Positions 47,766 through 61,206 of a stretch of 64,000 nt of DNA are shown piece by piece; the first letter of the stretch is position 1; each line of letters begins with the position of its first letter. The stretch is from Eledone cirrhosa (lineage: Eukaryota): contig OZ024740.1 of NCBI GenBank assembly GCA_964016885.1, forward strand, positions 354,268,001 through 354,332,000, read 5' to 3'. A model generated the notes under the pieces. The model did not search any database, was not told where the DNA came from, and saw only the letters and a program-made list of their open reading frames with translations. The translations under genes were made by a program, and so were the position numbers.

Positions 47766-49105
47766 AAATGTAGAAAGATAAACCCAAACTAGAAGGAATT
47801 CGCTCTGACATTTTACTATTTCTGCTAGCTCACATCCATTTCTAATAAGAATGATATTGGAAAATTTCCCCAAGGGTATTTATATAAAGGTATCTTTATA
47901 TAAATTGATCCAAGTTCCAAAATTCCAGCATACACTGCTACAAAGGATATTAATTTTAATGACTTCTCTTCCCATTACAATTATAATTTCAATTGATTAA
48001 AAATTATTTTTGGCTTATCACATTAAGTATGGCAGCTTGCACTTAATGTTAATAATTAATTATGTACTAAACACATAAATAGTTAATTTTCAACAGATAA
48101 TATAGCTAAATTCTATATTAATCTCCCTTCATATTGTTTTAGATATGCATTTTTTTTTTGTTTTTTCCAAGCACTCCCCAACTAATACCATAGCATCAGC
48201 TTCACCATGAAACTGCCACCACACACACCTTATTTCATTATACATCCATAGGTTCTGTATCTTAGTACATCTATATTATAGGGCTGTCAACTCCACTTTA
48301 TATTTATCATTATTCAGCTATAGCATTACCACTTTATAGAGATTCAAATACATTGATACACAAGTATACTCTAACAATGTCCAAACTTCAACTACCCTTC
48401 TACATAATATACCTCATGTGACAAGGACTAACCCTTTGCCTGTTAATAAGGATTTCTAATTTAGACACAAATCCAGTGATTTTAGGAGGACAAAGTCAAT
48501 TGTATCGACCCCAGTACTTGACTGGTACTTTATTTTATCACCCATGGAAGGATGAAAGGCAAGGTTCACCTCAGTGGGATTTGAACCCAGAACATTGAAA
48601 GTCATAACTAAATACTGTAAAGCATTTTGTCCAACACTGCCCTTTTCCACGTTATTGATAGAAATAGTAATAATGTTCATTCTGGACCAATACATTAAAT
48701 AATAACTGGTGTTGATTAAATTCTCTGCATCTTTCTATAACTGTGTGGCACTAGGATACACAATTGTTGTAGAGAGATATAAACATTGGTCACAACATAG
48801 AATTGAGTGGACTCTTTCATCTTGCCAAGAGCATGACAACCTCTCTAGCACTGGTGGCATGATAAAACACCCAGAGCACACTGTAAAGTGCTTGATGTCA
48901 GGAAAAGTTTCCAGTCATAGAAACCATGTTAAAATATTCCACATAAAAGTGGGACATGTTCCTCCAGCCCATCGAGGAGAGCAGTAACTCCAAATAAGGA
49001 CTGACTCAAGACTGATAACTGGTGCAACCCATGTCATCATGGCAAGCAGAAGCATGATGATGATGATGATTACCCACATGATATAAACAAAAGACTGATA
49101 AATAC

Positions 49106-49209
49106 CTGTGTGATGTTAGAATTATAGATCGTCCACTTTTCACAAGATTGTTGATACAATTCCACAAGTATCTTCGAGCTTTAGGGTCCATTCCAGATGT
49201 TGGTTCATC
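49106..49209 (-). CDS. ABCA1: ABCA exon, 104 bp ([13 protein letters not shown]...IILTSH; Walker B/D-loop/H-loop)
   Basis: AG/GT boundaries; NBD motifs. Confidence 0.94.
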
Positions 49210-50000
49210 CTTTAAATAAAAATGAACACTATTAGATTATTTTTAGAATTCTTCCCTTTCTCACATTAAAGGATTTTCACCTATTGTAAATGCTTATAAA
49301 GTATTTCCTCAGACTTTAAGGAAACATCTAGTTTACTTTCTTTTTTATAAAATAAATAACATTATATAATTGACCAAGAAAGATAGATTAGCAGAATCAT
49401 TAGAACATCAAACAAAATGCCATGCAGTATTTGTTTCAGCTCATAACACTCTGAGTTCAAATCCCACTAAGGTCAATTTTGCCTTTCATTCTTCTGAGAG
49501 TGATAAAATAAAGTACAGCATCATCAGTGTTGGGAGTGTCATCATCCTTTCCCAAGCTAGTATAGGGTTGGATCTGAGACTAGTGAGGTCAGATGACAAC
49601 ATCTTGCTCATTCATTCCATTTTGGCATGCTTTCTGCCCTTCTTAATACCAACCACTTTACATGTGCTGGGTCTATTTTATTGTGGCACCAGTACTAGTT
49701 ACAAATTAATGTTTTTGTTTAGAATTAACAGATGGCTTTAATTAATCTAAACTATACTATAGAAATAACATACAGAAACACAATTCAACTGCTAATCAAA
49801 TATTGAGCTTTGTCCTTTTCCAAATTAAATATCAACCATACTAATCATTCCAACCACTACAAATGTAATAATCAAATAATTGTAATAATAAAATATCAGT
49901 TATGACTAGATTTAAATGACCCAAACTATGGCACATCTATCATTTCACAGCTTTTAAATTATTACACAAAGTAATATTTTACAATAATTTTGACTTGAGA

Positions 50001-50347
50001 CGGAGGCACGTGGCTTAGTGGTTAGAGCATTGGCTTTGCAATCGAAAGGTTGTGAGTTCAATTCTCAGACCAGGTGATGTGTTGTTTCCTTGAGCAAGAC
50101 ACTTTATTTTACATTGCTCCAGTTTACTCAGCTGTAGAAATGAGATGATAGGGACTGGGGTGCATATCATTCCACTGCAAAGTGGTCGTGGAGGTGCCAC
50201 GACAAAAAAGCACCCAGTACTCACTGTAAATGAGGTTGGTGTTAGGAAGGGCATCCAGCTGTAGAAATCAAGCCAGAATCAGTTCCTGTCCCACCCTTGC
50301 AAGCAGGGAAAAAGCGGACGTAAAATGAAATGATGATGAATGATGAT
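50001..50347 (+). mobile_element. Full-length tRNA-derived CORE-like SINE with RTE tail
   Basis: Same family as 26466-26810. Confidence 0.85.
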
Positions 50348-50855
50348 AGATGTTAAGTTATACTTGAACAGATCCCAGATCTTTTGGCACAGAGTTTAAA
50401 TGTATCTCAGAAGTCTGGTATCCCACATTTTTAAAGTTTGCTAAGGGTAAAGAGGCAATTCCCATGACCTTTATATGTTCTTCCTGATTGGTGACATCAG
50501 TGAGACCAATGCCCAACCTGAATATCTGTAGAAAAAACTCAAGCATGAACAGAATTGCAGACTAGCCTGAATGCTTGCAGCCAAGAGAGAACTGTTAAAG
50601 GCATTTAAGGCCCAGGTGGGGGTGTTAAACAAGTTGCCATATTAAGCCTACATCACCACATCAAAACCACAAAAAATTTCATCATGACACTCACTAGAAA
50701 GTTTGTATAACTAGAAATAGAAAAAAGCTTGAACAAAGACATATGTACATTGAAATGTGTCAAATATATGAATGCTGTTATGAAGAGTTCAAATTATATT
50801 GAGATAATAACTTTTGAGAAAATGTAGATAATTGAATATTATCATTTTTACATAC

Positions 50856-50990
50856 CAAGAAAATTATGCTTGGGTTCCCAATTAAGGCAATAGCTGTAGA
50901 CAATTTGCGTTTATTTCCACCAGAGTATGTCTCTGAGGTCCTATCAGCATATTTAGTTAAATCTAATTTATTTAGTGCCCAGTTGGCTAC
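50856..50990 (-). CDS. ABCA1: ABCA exon, 135 bp (signature [15 protein letters not shown])
   Basis: AG/GT boundaries; NBD2 signature of ABCA. Confidence 0.95.
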
Positions 50991-51631
50991 CTGAAATATA
51001 ATAAACATAATTTCAATTATATTGAATAAGATTTAATAAGTAAATGTGTTTGCAGATATTTATATCCAATACAGCTAACAGTAGAAAACAAACAATTTGA
51101 CTCATATAAGTTAGAATAAATTAAATATATTTATACAATGCTATAACAATTTTGATACCAAATTGCTTGAAACTGCCTGTAGTGATATGATACAATACTG
51201 TTTTAAAATACTTATATTTGTTTAAAAACCTTCTGTTGTAATTTTATGCAAGAACCTTTGTGAAGCTATGCTCCAAACAACAGCTTAATGTTGACCAAGT
51301 TAACAAAATTACTAAATCCCTCTAAATTTTTGATTATTTTAAAAATTATTTGAAAATCATAGGCAGTGTCTTTCATGAGAAATATGGTAATGAAAGGTTT
51401 AAATAAAGTAAGAGAGGCAAGACAGCAAAGTTACTGTTCAATAAGTTGATAATGTTATTTAGTCTCGTGGTCAGCCATAGTCAAACAAGCCTATGGATAT
51501 CCCATTTTATATTTACTAATAGTGGATGCAAGAACACATTATCCAATGTGTCCTTCTCTTTTTGAAATGCTAGGGTGTAATCTTAAGTAGATTTGGATGC
51601 TAAAAATGAAATATTATTATTATTATTATTA

Positions 51632-51846
51632 TGGTGGATTGATAGCATTAGTTCAGCATCGGACAACATGCTTACAGCATATAGTTATGACCCTTTACGT
51701 TCTGAGTTCAAATCCTGCCAAGGTTAGCTTTGCCTTTCATCCTCATGGGAGTCAATAAATAAAGCCCCAGTAATGTACTGGGGTCGATTTAATCGACTTT
51801 CCCCCACCCCATCAAAATTTCTGGCCTTGTGCCTAAATCAGAAACC
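51632..51846 (+). mobile_element. Nin/Deu-domain SINE (further decayed copies ~38761-38935, 41506-41685, 43555-43722, 48449-48640, 49385-49520, 63560-63750)
   Basis: ctgagttcaaatcctgccaaggttagctttgcctttcatcct...ctggccttgtgcctaaatcagaaacc. Confidence 0.75.
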
Positions 51847-52524
51847 TTTAATATCAGAAATCATTAGTATTATTATTTTTACTATTATCAATACCTTCAT
51901 ATCTTTGTGTTTAATCATATTACTTCTATTAATATTATTTTCCATAAATGGTAGCAGGAAAATATTTGGCTATTCTAAAAAGAAAATTAGTCTCCTGAAT
52001 TTTTCATAGCAAGAAATCGTCCTTCCCACTTCACTTAATGACATAATTCTCCTTGCATACAATTCACTGCATAGGAAGAGAATTTCTTCACACTAGACCT
52101 GATTATAGTCTGACTCTGACACTTAATGTCTGATGTGACGCAGCCAACCCCAAGTCATATTCACTGTACACAAAGTGCCCACTATTAAATGGCTATCTTC
52201 CAGAGACATAACCAATTCACATCACTAACAAGTTTTTATTTTTTATATATGAAGCAATAAGGGAATCTCGACGCAGTTACTGACATTGTTAAAAATAATT
52301 GTTAAACCTTGCTTAAATTACACTGCATCATCTTGAGAAAAGGAAGAACATATTGCATAATGTGGTCCTAAATAAACTATGCCTAAAAATAGGACGGTTG
52401 AAGAAAGCAAACCTTTGATCACAGGTTTGTTTGATGAAGGTTGACCTGCATTAAACCACAATAAAAAATATATTATATCATAAATATAATATATTTTACA
52501 TTAAGCTAGTACAATGTACTTTAC

Positions 52525-52842
52525 CTGTTTAACTTCTTTTTCTGGCACTCCTCTAAGTCTTGCATAAAGTTCCAAATGTTCTCGACCAGTTAGCAAAGAA
52601 TTTAATGCATCAAACTGAGGACAGTAGCTTATGTGTTGATAAACCTGGTATATATTGGTTTTGATGCTATGACCATTGATATAAGCATCTCCGTTTGTAG
52701 GACTAATTTCGCCTGTCAGCATTTTAAATGTTGTAGTTTTACCAGCACCATTGACACCGAGCAGACCAAAACATTGTCCTTTAGGTACACTTACACATAA
52801 ACGATCAACAGCAAGTTGTTTTTTGTTATAACTAGTATAAAA
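52525..52842 (-). CDS. ABCA1: ABCA exon, 318 bp ([42 protein letters not shown]; Walker A, Q-loop)
   Basis: AG/GT boundaries, 106 codons, phase 0-0. Confidence 0.95.
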
Positions 52843-53900
52843 CTGAAAAAGAAATTAATGGAAAATGTTAAGACAGTAATAAACAAATAAATGGGTAAAT
52901 CAATTTTTTAGTTGTTTTCTTTTAATATTTTGCCATGTTTCTTTTTTATTTTTGCAGTCTTGCAGCCAGGGGGTACTCAAAGTGGTTGATACCAATCCCT
53001 TGGGCTTGATTGAACTTTTGGGCCCACACCTACCATTTGCATAAGAAATGAAAATATAAAATAATACAATAAAATACAACTTATTTATACAGGTTTCTGA
53101 TTTACATATTTAGTAATTACTGTCTATTTATTTTATATTCAGTTTATTGATTTATTTATTTCCTTATATATTTTTGTACACAACTGGTATTGATGAGAGG
53201 TCAAGGATTCCATAAGGAGGCTGATAGTCTAAAAGTTTGGGGGATCTCTGAGTTTAGATGCTTTTGTTGTTTTAGTTGGAGCTGTTGTTTTACAACTTTT
53301 TTTACATATGGATACTCTTCCTCCTACTAACTATTCAGCCATGAAACAGAGTTAAAAACTTAGCTCAGGAATATAACATAATGACTGTAGTATAGGACTG
53401 GATTAAGACCTTTTAAGGTCCTAAGCACTTACAAGATTATAGTGACCCTATATATAAAATGATTACAATGATGATCATGATCATTATCATCCTTTAACAT
53501 CCATTTTCCCTGCTAGTAAGGGCTGGAAGGGTCATCAGAGACCAAGTCAGTACTCTATGGCTGGATGTCCTCCTTGTCACCAACCACTTTACAGTGTGTA
53601 TTGGATGCGTTTGTCATGTTGTTGACACAACAGAAGGATTCTCATGACCCGTTTAGCATGGTTTCTACAGTGAGGTGCCCTTCCTATAGTAAACAACCTT
53701 ACAGGGTGTACTGGGTACATTTTCATGGCACCAGCACTAGAGAGGCTGTCAGTCATTGTCTTAACTGAAGAGTCCTCCCTGTCCGATTGAATATTTTCAA
53801 TGACCAGAAAACCAGTAAAAATATTACAACATATTCTAATCAACAGAAACCAATGTTGTGTGAGTTTTCAAACCATTAAAAGAATTATTTAGTTCATTAC

Positions 53901-54021
53901 CTTTGTTAAATTTTTGATAACTAAGATATCATCAGTATTTTTATTAGACATCACTTTCTGTCGTTCTTGTGTAACATCTATGTCTTCTTTAATATATGGT
54001 ACACTGATATGCTTGGGTTTC
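53901..54021 (-). CDS. ABCA1: ABCA exon, 121 bp (EDIDVTQERQKV..ILVIKNLTK)
   Basis: AG/GT boundaries; ED.DV..ER motif. Confidence 0.92.
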
Positions 54022-54311
54022 CTACATATAACAAAAAAAAAACATACATGTATATGTGCTTGCATATCTATGTGCATGTGCATGTGTGTGTGTATGTGTG
54101 AATGAGATTGTATTAAAATATTCTATACATTCTTGGGATGCACAAAACAGCACTTACGAATGCACTACATTAAACATTAAAGTCTTGATCTGTTCATTTG
54201 CAAAAATACTATAAATATTTGAATTAACAAACCTGTTATAGACATTTTCTGCTAAATTATTACAGTATGTTTAAATCAATGGTTTTAATAAACGGGTGGG
54301 GAATATGTGAA

Positions 54312-54498
54312 ATAATTGTTTCTACTATTGGCACAAGGCCAGCAATTACTCAGTGCATTACTGGTACTTTATTTTATCGACCCCGTAAGGATGAAAGGCA
54401 AAGTCAACCTCGGCGGGATTTGAACTCAGATCGTAAAGGGACGTAACTATGCTGGAAAGCATGGCGTCCGACCCTCTACCGATACTGCCAATCCACCA
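54312..54498 (-). mobile_element. Young Nin/Deu-domain SINE
   Basis: Closely similar to 56745-56930 and 2696-2882. Confidence 0.82.
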
Positions 54499-55299
54499 TG
54501 AAATAATGTGGAGTGGACAGAATTGAGGTATCTGTTTATCCAGCAAGATCTTTCCCCATGGATTTCTGTGTATATTGTTTGCCTTTGAAAAATGTCATTT
54601 ATGGAGAGAAAGATGTCTTGAAAACATATTCCAGTTTTCTATTGAAGTTGAGAACCATCTAACTTTGATAGAAATACCAGTCAATGGCTGGTTAAGTTCA
54701 TAAAAAAATAACAAAGCTCTTATCAGTTATCAGAGCTTTAAATTTTTTTAGTAAGCTGTATCTCTTCATGTTACCTATTTACAAGTAGATGAGTAGCACC
54801 TTTGACAGTTACTGTATACACTCATGTAAAAGCAAACCCTAGTTTTTTACCACAAATTTGAATTTTCCCATGTATCTCATGTAAGCATCTCTGAATCAAG
54901 GTTTTATCTTCAACATAAATGTTAGAATGAGAAAATTAATATCATTATGCTATTATGTCCTGATATATGCAAGTGAAATATATCTGGCTTTATTTATGTG
55001 TTTTGATGCATAAATATATTGGTATTATTACTGTAATTAATTGATTTACTTTTATTCATTTAGAATCCATTTAAGCTTCTGCTTATTGATATAGTGTTTT
55101 GGGTTGCAATGTGAATTCCAGACCCCTGAAAGTAGTATCCATGTATTAGTTGGTTTAGATAGTTCAAGAAATCCATTTACACGAGTAGATGCAGTAAGTG
55201 TTTTTTGCAATATCACACGCATTACTGCACTAATTATATGGCACAATCTCTTATTAATATGCTACCGATTCCACAGCTCAATGATCTATTGAGCTCTAT

Positions 55300-56131
55300 T
55301 TTTTCCCGTCAGGGAAATGGCCATGTTCGATATGCAGAAAAGGAACTGGCATAAATTCTATAAAATGCACACAATGCAGATCCTGGGTACACAAGAGATG
55401 TAACGGGATAGCAGGCAAACTAACAGGTAGGGAGAAATATGTATGCAGTAGATGTACAGGGAAATTAAACAGTAGAAGTCGCACTGATAGACACATTTTT
55501 CAAATGCAAGAGGGCGTTATAGAAGTGGTGGATAGCTTCCGGTACCTAGGAGATCAGATTAGCATGGGAGGAGGGTGTTCCGAGGCCATAGTATCTAGAA
55601 TAAGGACGGGTTGGAAGAAGTTTAGGGAGCTGCTTCCTCTGTTGACAAAGAAGGGTTTCTCCCTGCGTACAAAAGGCCGGTTGTATGATGCCTGTGTGAG
55701 GAGCGCGATGCTGCATGGTAGTGAGACATGGGCAGCAACTGCAGAGGATATGCGACGGCTGGAGAGAAATGAGGCAAGCATGCTCCATTGGATGTGCAGT
55801 GTAAATGTGCGTGAACGACCCAGCATAAATGTGTTGAGAGAGAAACTGTGTCTGAGAGGGATAGAATGTAGTGTACGGGAGAGGAGACTGAGGTGGTATG
55901 GACATGTGATGCGCATGGAGGATGACCGATGGGTGAAGAAGTGCCAGGAAATGCCAGTTGAAGGAAGACGTGGTAGAGGTAGACCACGAAAAACATGGGC
56001 GGAGGTGGTGAGAACAGACCTCAGATCATTGAAGCTCACGGTGGAGATGACGAGGGACCGTGACGAGTGGAGAGATGCTGTGCTGAATAAGACCCGTCCC
56101 ACCCTTGCAAGCAGGGAAAAGCGGACGTAAA

Positions 56132-56162
<31 letters not shown>
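55300..56162 (+). mobile_element. 5'-truncated RTE LINE (family B), intronic and antisense to ABCA; frame open 55300-56130
   Basis: PSGKWPCSICRKG..NSIKCTQC..WVHKRC..CSRC, DSFRYLGD, HGSETW, RRLRWYGHV, GRPRKTW; stop runs into the (gat)n tail. Confidence 0.92.
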
Positions 56163-56163
<1 letters not shown>

Positions 56164-56744
56164 GTCTTAAACTTGTAAAAAATTCATTTTTGCATCAATT
56201 GTTGTAATATGTCAGTTTAACCAACTTATCAATAGAGGAGGATGGGAGGGGAAGTAAAAAAATGCTTAAATGCTATAAATTTCCAAAGAACAATTTTCCA
56301 GAGCTTGAGTCTTCACTGTCCTATATTATATTTATATTTCTGAGTAGCCTTTCTCCTAATTAACTCATAACACCCTGGAATGATTTTGCAAAAAATATCT
56401 CAAAACAATTTTGTTAATTCAAATGTTTATTGTATCTACACTAGTGGACAGAGAATTATTGTAGAAATTTACAGCAAAGCTTTGAATTTTAAATGTGATG
56501 TAGTCATAGTGTTGTTTTTTACTTTGATAAGAATGTCTTGCCAATGCAGTTTTAATAGGTACAGGATATTAAGAGTTAAAATGACATCATCACATCAAGA
56601 AAAAGCCACATCTTTCTAGGATTTCTATCAGGAAGGAGAAAGTGTTGATGGAAGATGAGATGAGAGGTTGCATTAGTATCATTACTGTGTGTTTTAGGCA
56701 GACATTCATGATGTAATATTTATTGACAGTGTAATTCAAACAAA

Positions 56745-56930
56745 TAATAATTGTTTCTACTTTAGGCACAATGCCAGCAATTACCCAGTACATTACTGGT
56801 ACTTTATTTTATCGACCCCGTAAGGATGAAAGGCAAAGTTAACCTCGGCGGGATTTGAACTCAGAATGTAAAGGGATGTAACTATGCTAGAAAGCATGGC
56901 GTCCGACCCTCTACTGATACTGCCAATCCA
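56745..56930 (-). mobile_element. Young Nin/Deu-domain SINE
   Basis: As 54312-54498. Confidence 0.82.
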
Positions 56931-57049
56931 ATGAAGCTACATCATTATGCTTCTTATAAAAATATATTCTCTAAAAACAATCTTGATTTAAATGTGTTGC
57001 TTATAGAATGAAAACAAATTGTTAAATAAAATTAAATGCATTACTATAC

Positions 57050-57179
57050 CTGAATTTTGACCAAAAAGAATATTCCAAAAGAAGGTTTATGACAAAGAAG
57101 AAAATTCCCAAGATGAACATTGAGAAAAGATTCCGACCAATTTTGTCCCATTGAAATGGATTTAAATACAATGCTTCAC
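57050..57179 (-). CDS. ABCA1: ABCA exon, 130 bp (NPFQWDKIGRNLFSMFILG.. last TM helix)
   Basis: AG/GT boundaries, phase-consistent. Confidence 0.92.
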
Positions 57180-57259
57180 CTGTAAAGGAAATAACAAGTA
57201 TTAATAAAGAACTATATTTCTTCATTAAGGACTAGGAATTACAAAATTTGTTGGGGGAA

Positions 57260-57860
57260 TCAGATATCACATGTAGCTCACCAGATATTACAGGTAGCTC
57301 ACCAGATATTACAGGTAGCTCAAATGTTCTATGACATTGGACTAGATGTCACATATAGCTCACCAGCTATCACATGTAGTTCACCAGACAACACATGTAG
57401 TCCACCAGATTCCACATGTAGCTCACAAGATACCACATTATATTGCACCAGATATTACATGTAGCTCACCATATACCACATGTAGCACAAGATATCACAT
57501 GTAGCCCACCGGATATTTCATGTAGTTCACCAGATATCATGTAGTTCACCAGATATCATGTAGTTCACCAAATATCACATGTAGCCTACCAGATATCTCA
57601 TGCAGCTCACCATATGTCATACGTAGCTCGCCAGATATCACATATAGCCTACCAGATACCACATGTAGCTCACCAGCTGCCACGTGTAGCTTTCCAACTA
57701 TAACATTTAACTCCCCAGCTGTAACATGTAGCTCACCAGCTGCATCATCTAGCTCACCAACTATAACATGAAACTCACCAAAAATAACATGATAGCCCAC
57801 CAGATATCACAAGTAGCTCACCAGATATCACATGACACTGCACCAGACATCACATACACC
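57260..57860. repeat. 21-bp minisatellite (consensus ccagatatcacatgtagctca), about 27-28 diverged units
   Basis: Direct tandem repeats visible by eye. Confidence 0.9.
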
Positions 57861-58130
57861 TCATAATCAAATCTAGATTGAGATTCAATGGTATAGGAGC
57901 TTGATACAACTGGGGCAATCTGGTCTAAAGCTGAACATTCCTAGATTGATCTGTTAGCTAAATCACCAACACCATCACATTCTTCTCCTCCTCCCCCTGC
58001 TGATTTCTATTAGGTACAATGATAATTAAATGAATTATGTGATATCATTCCACCATTGTGTCTTTCAAGGATAATATTATTTGGGTTCATTGTTTTTCAC
58101 TGAAAATTTGTGTCTGTTCAGGTTATCACA

Positions 58131-58420
58131 TGGAGGTATGTGACCTAGTGGTAAGGGTGTTGGACTTACAATCATAATGTTATGGGTTCAATACCTGAAC
58201 TGGAGTTGTGTGTTATGTTCTTGAACAAAGCACTTCATTTCCTGTTGCTTCAGTATACTCAGCTGAAAATGATTACCAACAATAGCTGGGGGTTTAATTC
58301 TGTGATGGACTGGCATCTTGTCCAGGGAGGAGTCTTGTACTCTCAGCTGCTTCACACCACAGAAACAGGAATAAGCACTGGCCCGATGAGCCTCTAGGCT
58401 CGAAACAGACTTTAGACTTA
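58131..58420 (+). mobile_element. tRNA-derived SINE with CORE-like plus V/Meta-like domain
   Basis: Aligns with 13310-13588. Confidence 0.72.
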
Positions 58421-58910
58421 GAAGCTTGTCACCCTAATCAGTTTTATAATGTAAGCAGAACAAAGAAGTATTGTTTAGCATTCTCAGCTATAGTGTTTTG
58501 CTTGAAAAAGCCTGGGAAACAGCAGAATCAATCATGTTGAATCAACAACACCAGTAATTGAGTCATACTTTATTTTATTGAATCTATTCTGCAATTCTGT
58601 ATATTTTATTTAGTTATGATTTTGCAACTGGGTATTCTTCCTGTCGTCAACCATTTGGAGGGACATTTGAGCATATTTATCATATTAAAATTTTGTTTTT
58701 AGAGACAAAGAGATCTTTCTATATTATGTGAGGTTTCTTTAACCTAGTTGCACTCCCCTTAAAGTCACTTACAGTATAATATAAAGAACCCTGCCTCTTC
58801 TATATTAGATATTAGAGATGTATAAAGTGAAAGATAAGTGAAGGAAAAATGGCTTGCAATTGCAGAAAGAACAAGAAATGATTGAGCATGATCAAAATAT
58901 AGAGGTTTAA

Positions 58911-59105
58911 CCCTTTAGCATTTACATTACTCTATATTTACTATTATATTTTCACAGTAAATATTTTATCACACATAATATCGAATCTATGAGATGATAT
59001 TATTTATTTCGAGAACAATACCTTAACATAAGTATAAGCAACCAGTTTGAACAGAAAGAGGTGAGAGAATTCTGGCTGGATACATCTTGTTTAAATGCTA
59101 AAGGG
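58911..59105. mobile_element. piggyBac-like MITE, TTAA TSD
   Basis: ttaa|ccctttagcattta ... taaatgctaaaggg|ttaa: perfect 14-bp TIR, CCC/GGG ends. Confidence 0.8.
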
Positions 59106-59262
59106 TTAAGCAAACGACGTTTTGGAATTTCATATATGCAACACATTTATAAATGAGACATATAGATAAGAAATGAAAAGAAAGTTGAGGGGAAAATATG
59201 TTTTATTTCTATCAGTACACTTCTAACTTGAAAATTAATATATATGTTAATTCTTGACTTAC

Positions 59263-59386
59263 CAAACTTTTCACTGACATCAGATACTAATTGATCTTGA
59301 GCCATTTGTACAAGACCTCGTCCAAAGCAATATTGAGGTAGTAGTAGAAATACTTTTTTCAGAGTATCATTTATATGTCTTAATTC
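59263..59386 (-). CDS. ABCA1: ABCA exon, 124 bp (ELRHINDTLKKVFLLLPQYCFGRGLVQMA..)
   Basis: AG/GT boundaries; P.YC.GRGL motif. Confidence 0.92.
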
Positions 59387-60319
59387 CTGAAAAAGAATAA
59401 ATTAATTAAAGTAATCTTAAATTACAAATGATACAATGTTAACTTCATAAAAATTAATTTAGTGTGAATTTGTTATTGACTCCAATCTCTTCAATTCTGT
59501 GCTGGATGTTCATGCTAAAAGAGGGGCTAAGCTGTCAACTGATCAACAACTAGCTAAGTGCTTTCTGAGACTACCTAAAAACAAGGAAGCTACAAAACTG
59601 GTAGGTCCAGCTTGACCTACAGGATAAAGTGAGTAAAATATGGTGATAAGGAGGTCAGGACCAGGTGGACTCGCTTGGGGATCCTGCCAGATCAATTGGA
59701 GATAGTTGCTTCTGACAGGACCTGTTAGAAGGCATGCTTGAGGACTCTGTTCACATAACTCTACCCAGGAATAAGTGGGTAAAGGAGGAGGGGGGAGAGA
59801 GAGGGAGATGATGATTATGATGATGAGAAGAAGAAGGAGGAGGATGAGAAGAAGGAGGAGGAGGAGAAGAAGAAGAAGACTTTAGTTAAAAATGGCTCTT
59901 TAGATTGAAAAGGTGCCTCACTACTGATCTAGGAAATGTAAATACAGATGTTATACTTCTAGTCAGATACACAGAAGATAATTTCTTAGCTGAAAACACT
60001 TTGTATTCGTTTACGTAAAAAAGGCCGATAATAGACAGCTCTTAAATAGAAAATCAATTACAATTTGCTGGGATATATTACATGGAATATTTCATTTGAA
60101 ATCATGGGCTGGAAAGATATTGTATTTCTGAATTATATTTGCCTTTTATTAAGCATGTCCACTGTTGTAATCATTTAATTGCTGACTTCATAAATTTCTT
60201 TTAATGCATCCACCAATAAATAAATTTAAAACAAAATCAATCAATAAATCAATAGATCAATAAATTGATCAAGAAATCAAGAAAAAAATATATAAGATAT
60301 TTAAGACTATCACTCATAC

Positions 60320-60470
60320 CTCATCATCATTCTGTAACATTTCCAGAATAAAAGTAGCCAATGTTGTTATTGTACCCAGAAAGACATTTGCACATGACAA
60401 TGCTACAAATGCTGTACTTGGAATGTCAAAGAAACGAGCAAATGGATACATCATAGGGATTATAGCCCAT
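60320..60470 (-). CDS. ABCA1: ABCA exon, 151 bp (WAIIPMMYPFARFFDIPSTAFV..)
   Basis: AG/GT boundaries; TMD2 motif. Confidence 0.93.
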
Positions 60471-60501
60471 CTAAAAGAAAAAAAGAGAGCACACTTTATA
60501 G

Positions 60502-60504
<3 letters not shown>

Positions 60505-60577
<73 letters not shown>
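60505..60577. repeat. (CA)n microsatellite
   Basis: About 36 units, close to the ABCA acceptor at 60471. Confidence 0.98.
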
Positions 60578-60578
<1 letters not shown>

Positions 60579-61090
60579 TCAATGAAAACAAAAGTCCGGA
60601 TTCCAAATATTAGTATTTCTATGGCCAGCTTACATCATCAGATCATGATGTAAGACTTATGGTGATGTCATCAGGTGTAAATTGCAAAGATTAAGTAATC
60701 AATTACTGGAATACAGCAAACATAAACAGAGAATAGACTTGACTCAAAGATGGTATGCTATCCAGTGTTACTGCTATGACAAATTCATATTAGCAAGATA
60801 TTCTTCCAAAGTAAAACACAGCATAATGACTGTATCATATTAAAAAGTAAAATATTTACATATTGCAAAGTACACTGATGTGTCAATTAGTAAAGATATG
60901 ATAAACATTGAACTAACAAACTTATTTAAAAATATTTCTGACTAAATTATTATATAACTGTTACTAAATGAAACAACTAACAATTATATAGAAATTAATT
61001 GGTGGCTTTGTGATTTTACAGGCAGTGTAATGATTACTTAATTCTAAATTCAATACTCTCAAGATCTCTAATTTGTAATGAAAAACTTAC

Positions 61091-61206
61091 CCATAGAGAA
61101 ACAACAATGCTATCAAACATGGTAAGTTGGTTGAAGAAACATATGCTTGCTGATCAAAAGCCAGAAATATCAAAATGCAAAGGACAGCAGGGATGCAATA
61201 GTTTAT
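61091..61206 (-). CDS. ABCA1: ABCA exon, 116 bp (INYCIPAVLCILIFLAFDQQAYVSSTNLPCLIALLFLYG); upstream exons lie beyond the window
   Basis: AG/GT boundaries; YVSSTNLP motif as in ABCA1. Confidence 0.92.

Noticed and set aside
50001-50075. tRNA gene (also 26466, 58131, 13310)
   Set aside because: tRNA-like heads continue into SINE cores and tails; no clean cloverleaf
57260-57860. CRISPR-like array or coding heptad repeat
   Set aside because: Contiguous tandem units without unique spacers, eukaryotic intron, frame broken by indels
58380-58415. ccgatgagcctctaggctcgaaac resembles a hammerhead core
   Set aside because: CCGA rather than CUGA, no stem I or III; it is the terminal hairpin of a SINE whose paralogue at ~13550-13585 lacks the motif
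60629-60654. 10-bp hairpin cttacatcat/atgatgtaag as a pre-miRNA
   Set aside because: Stem too short and no supporting context
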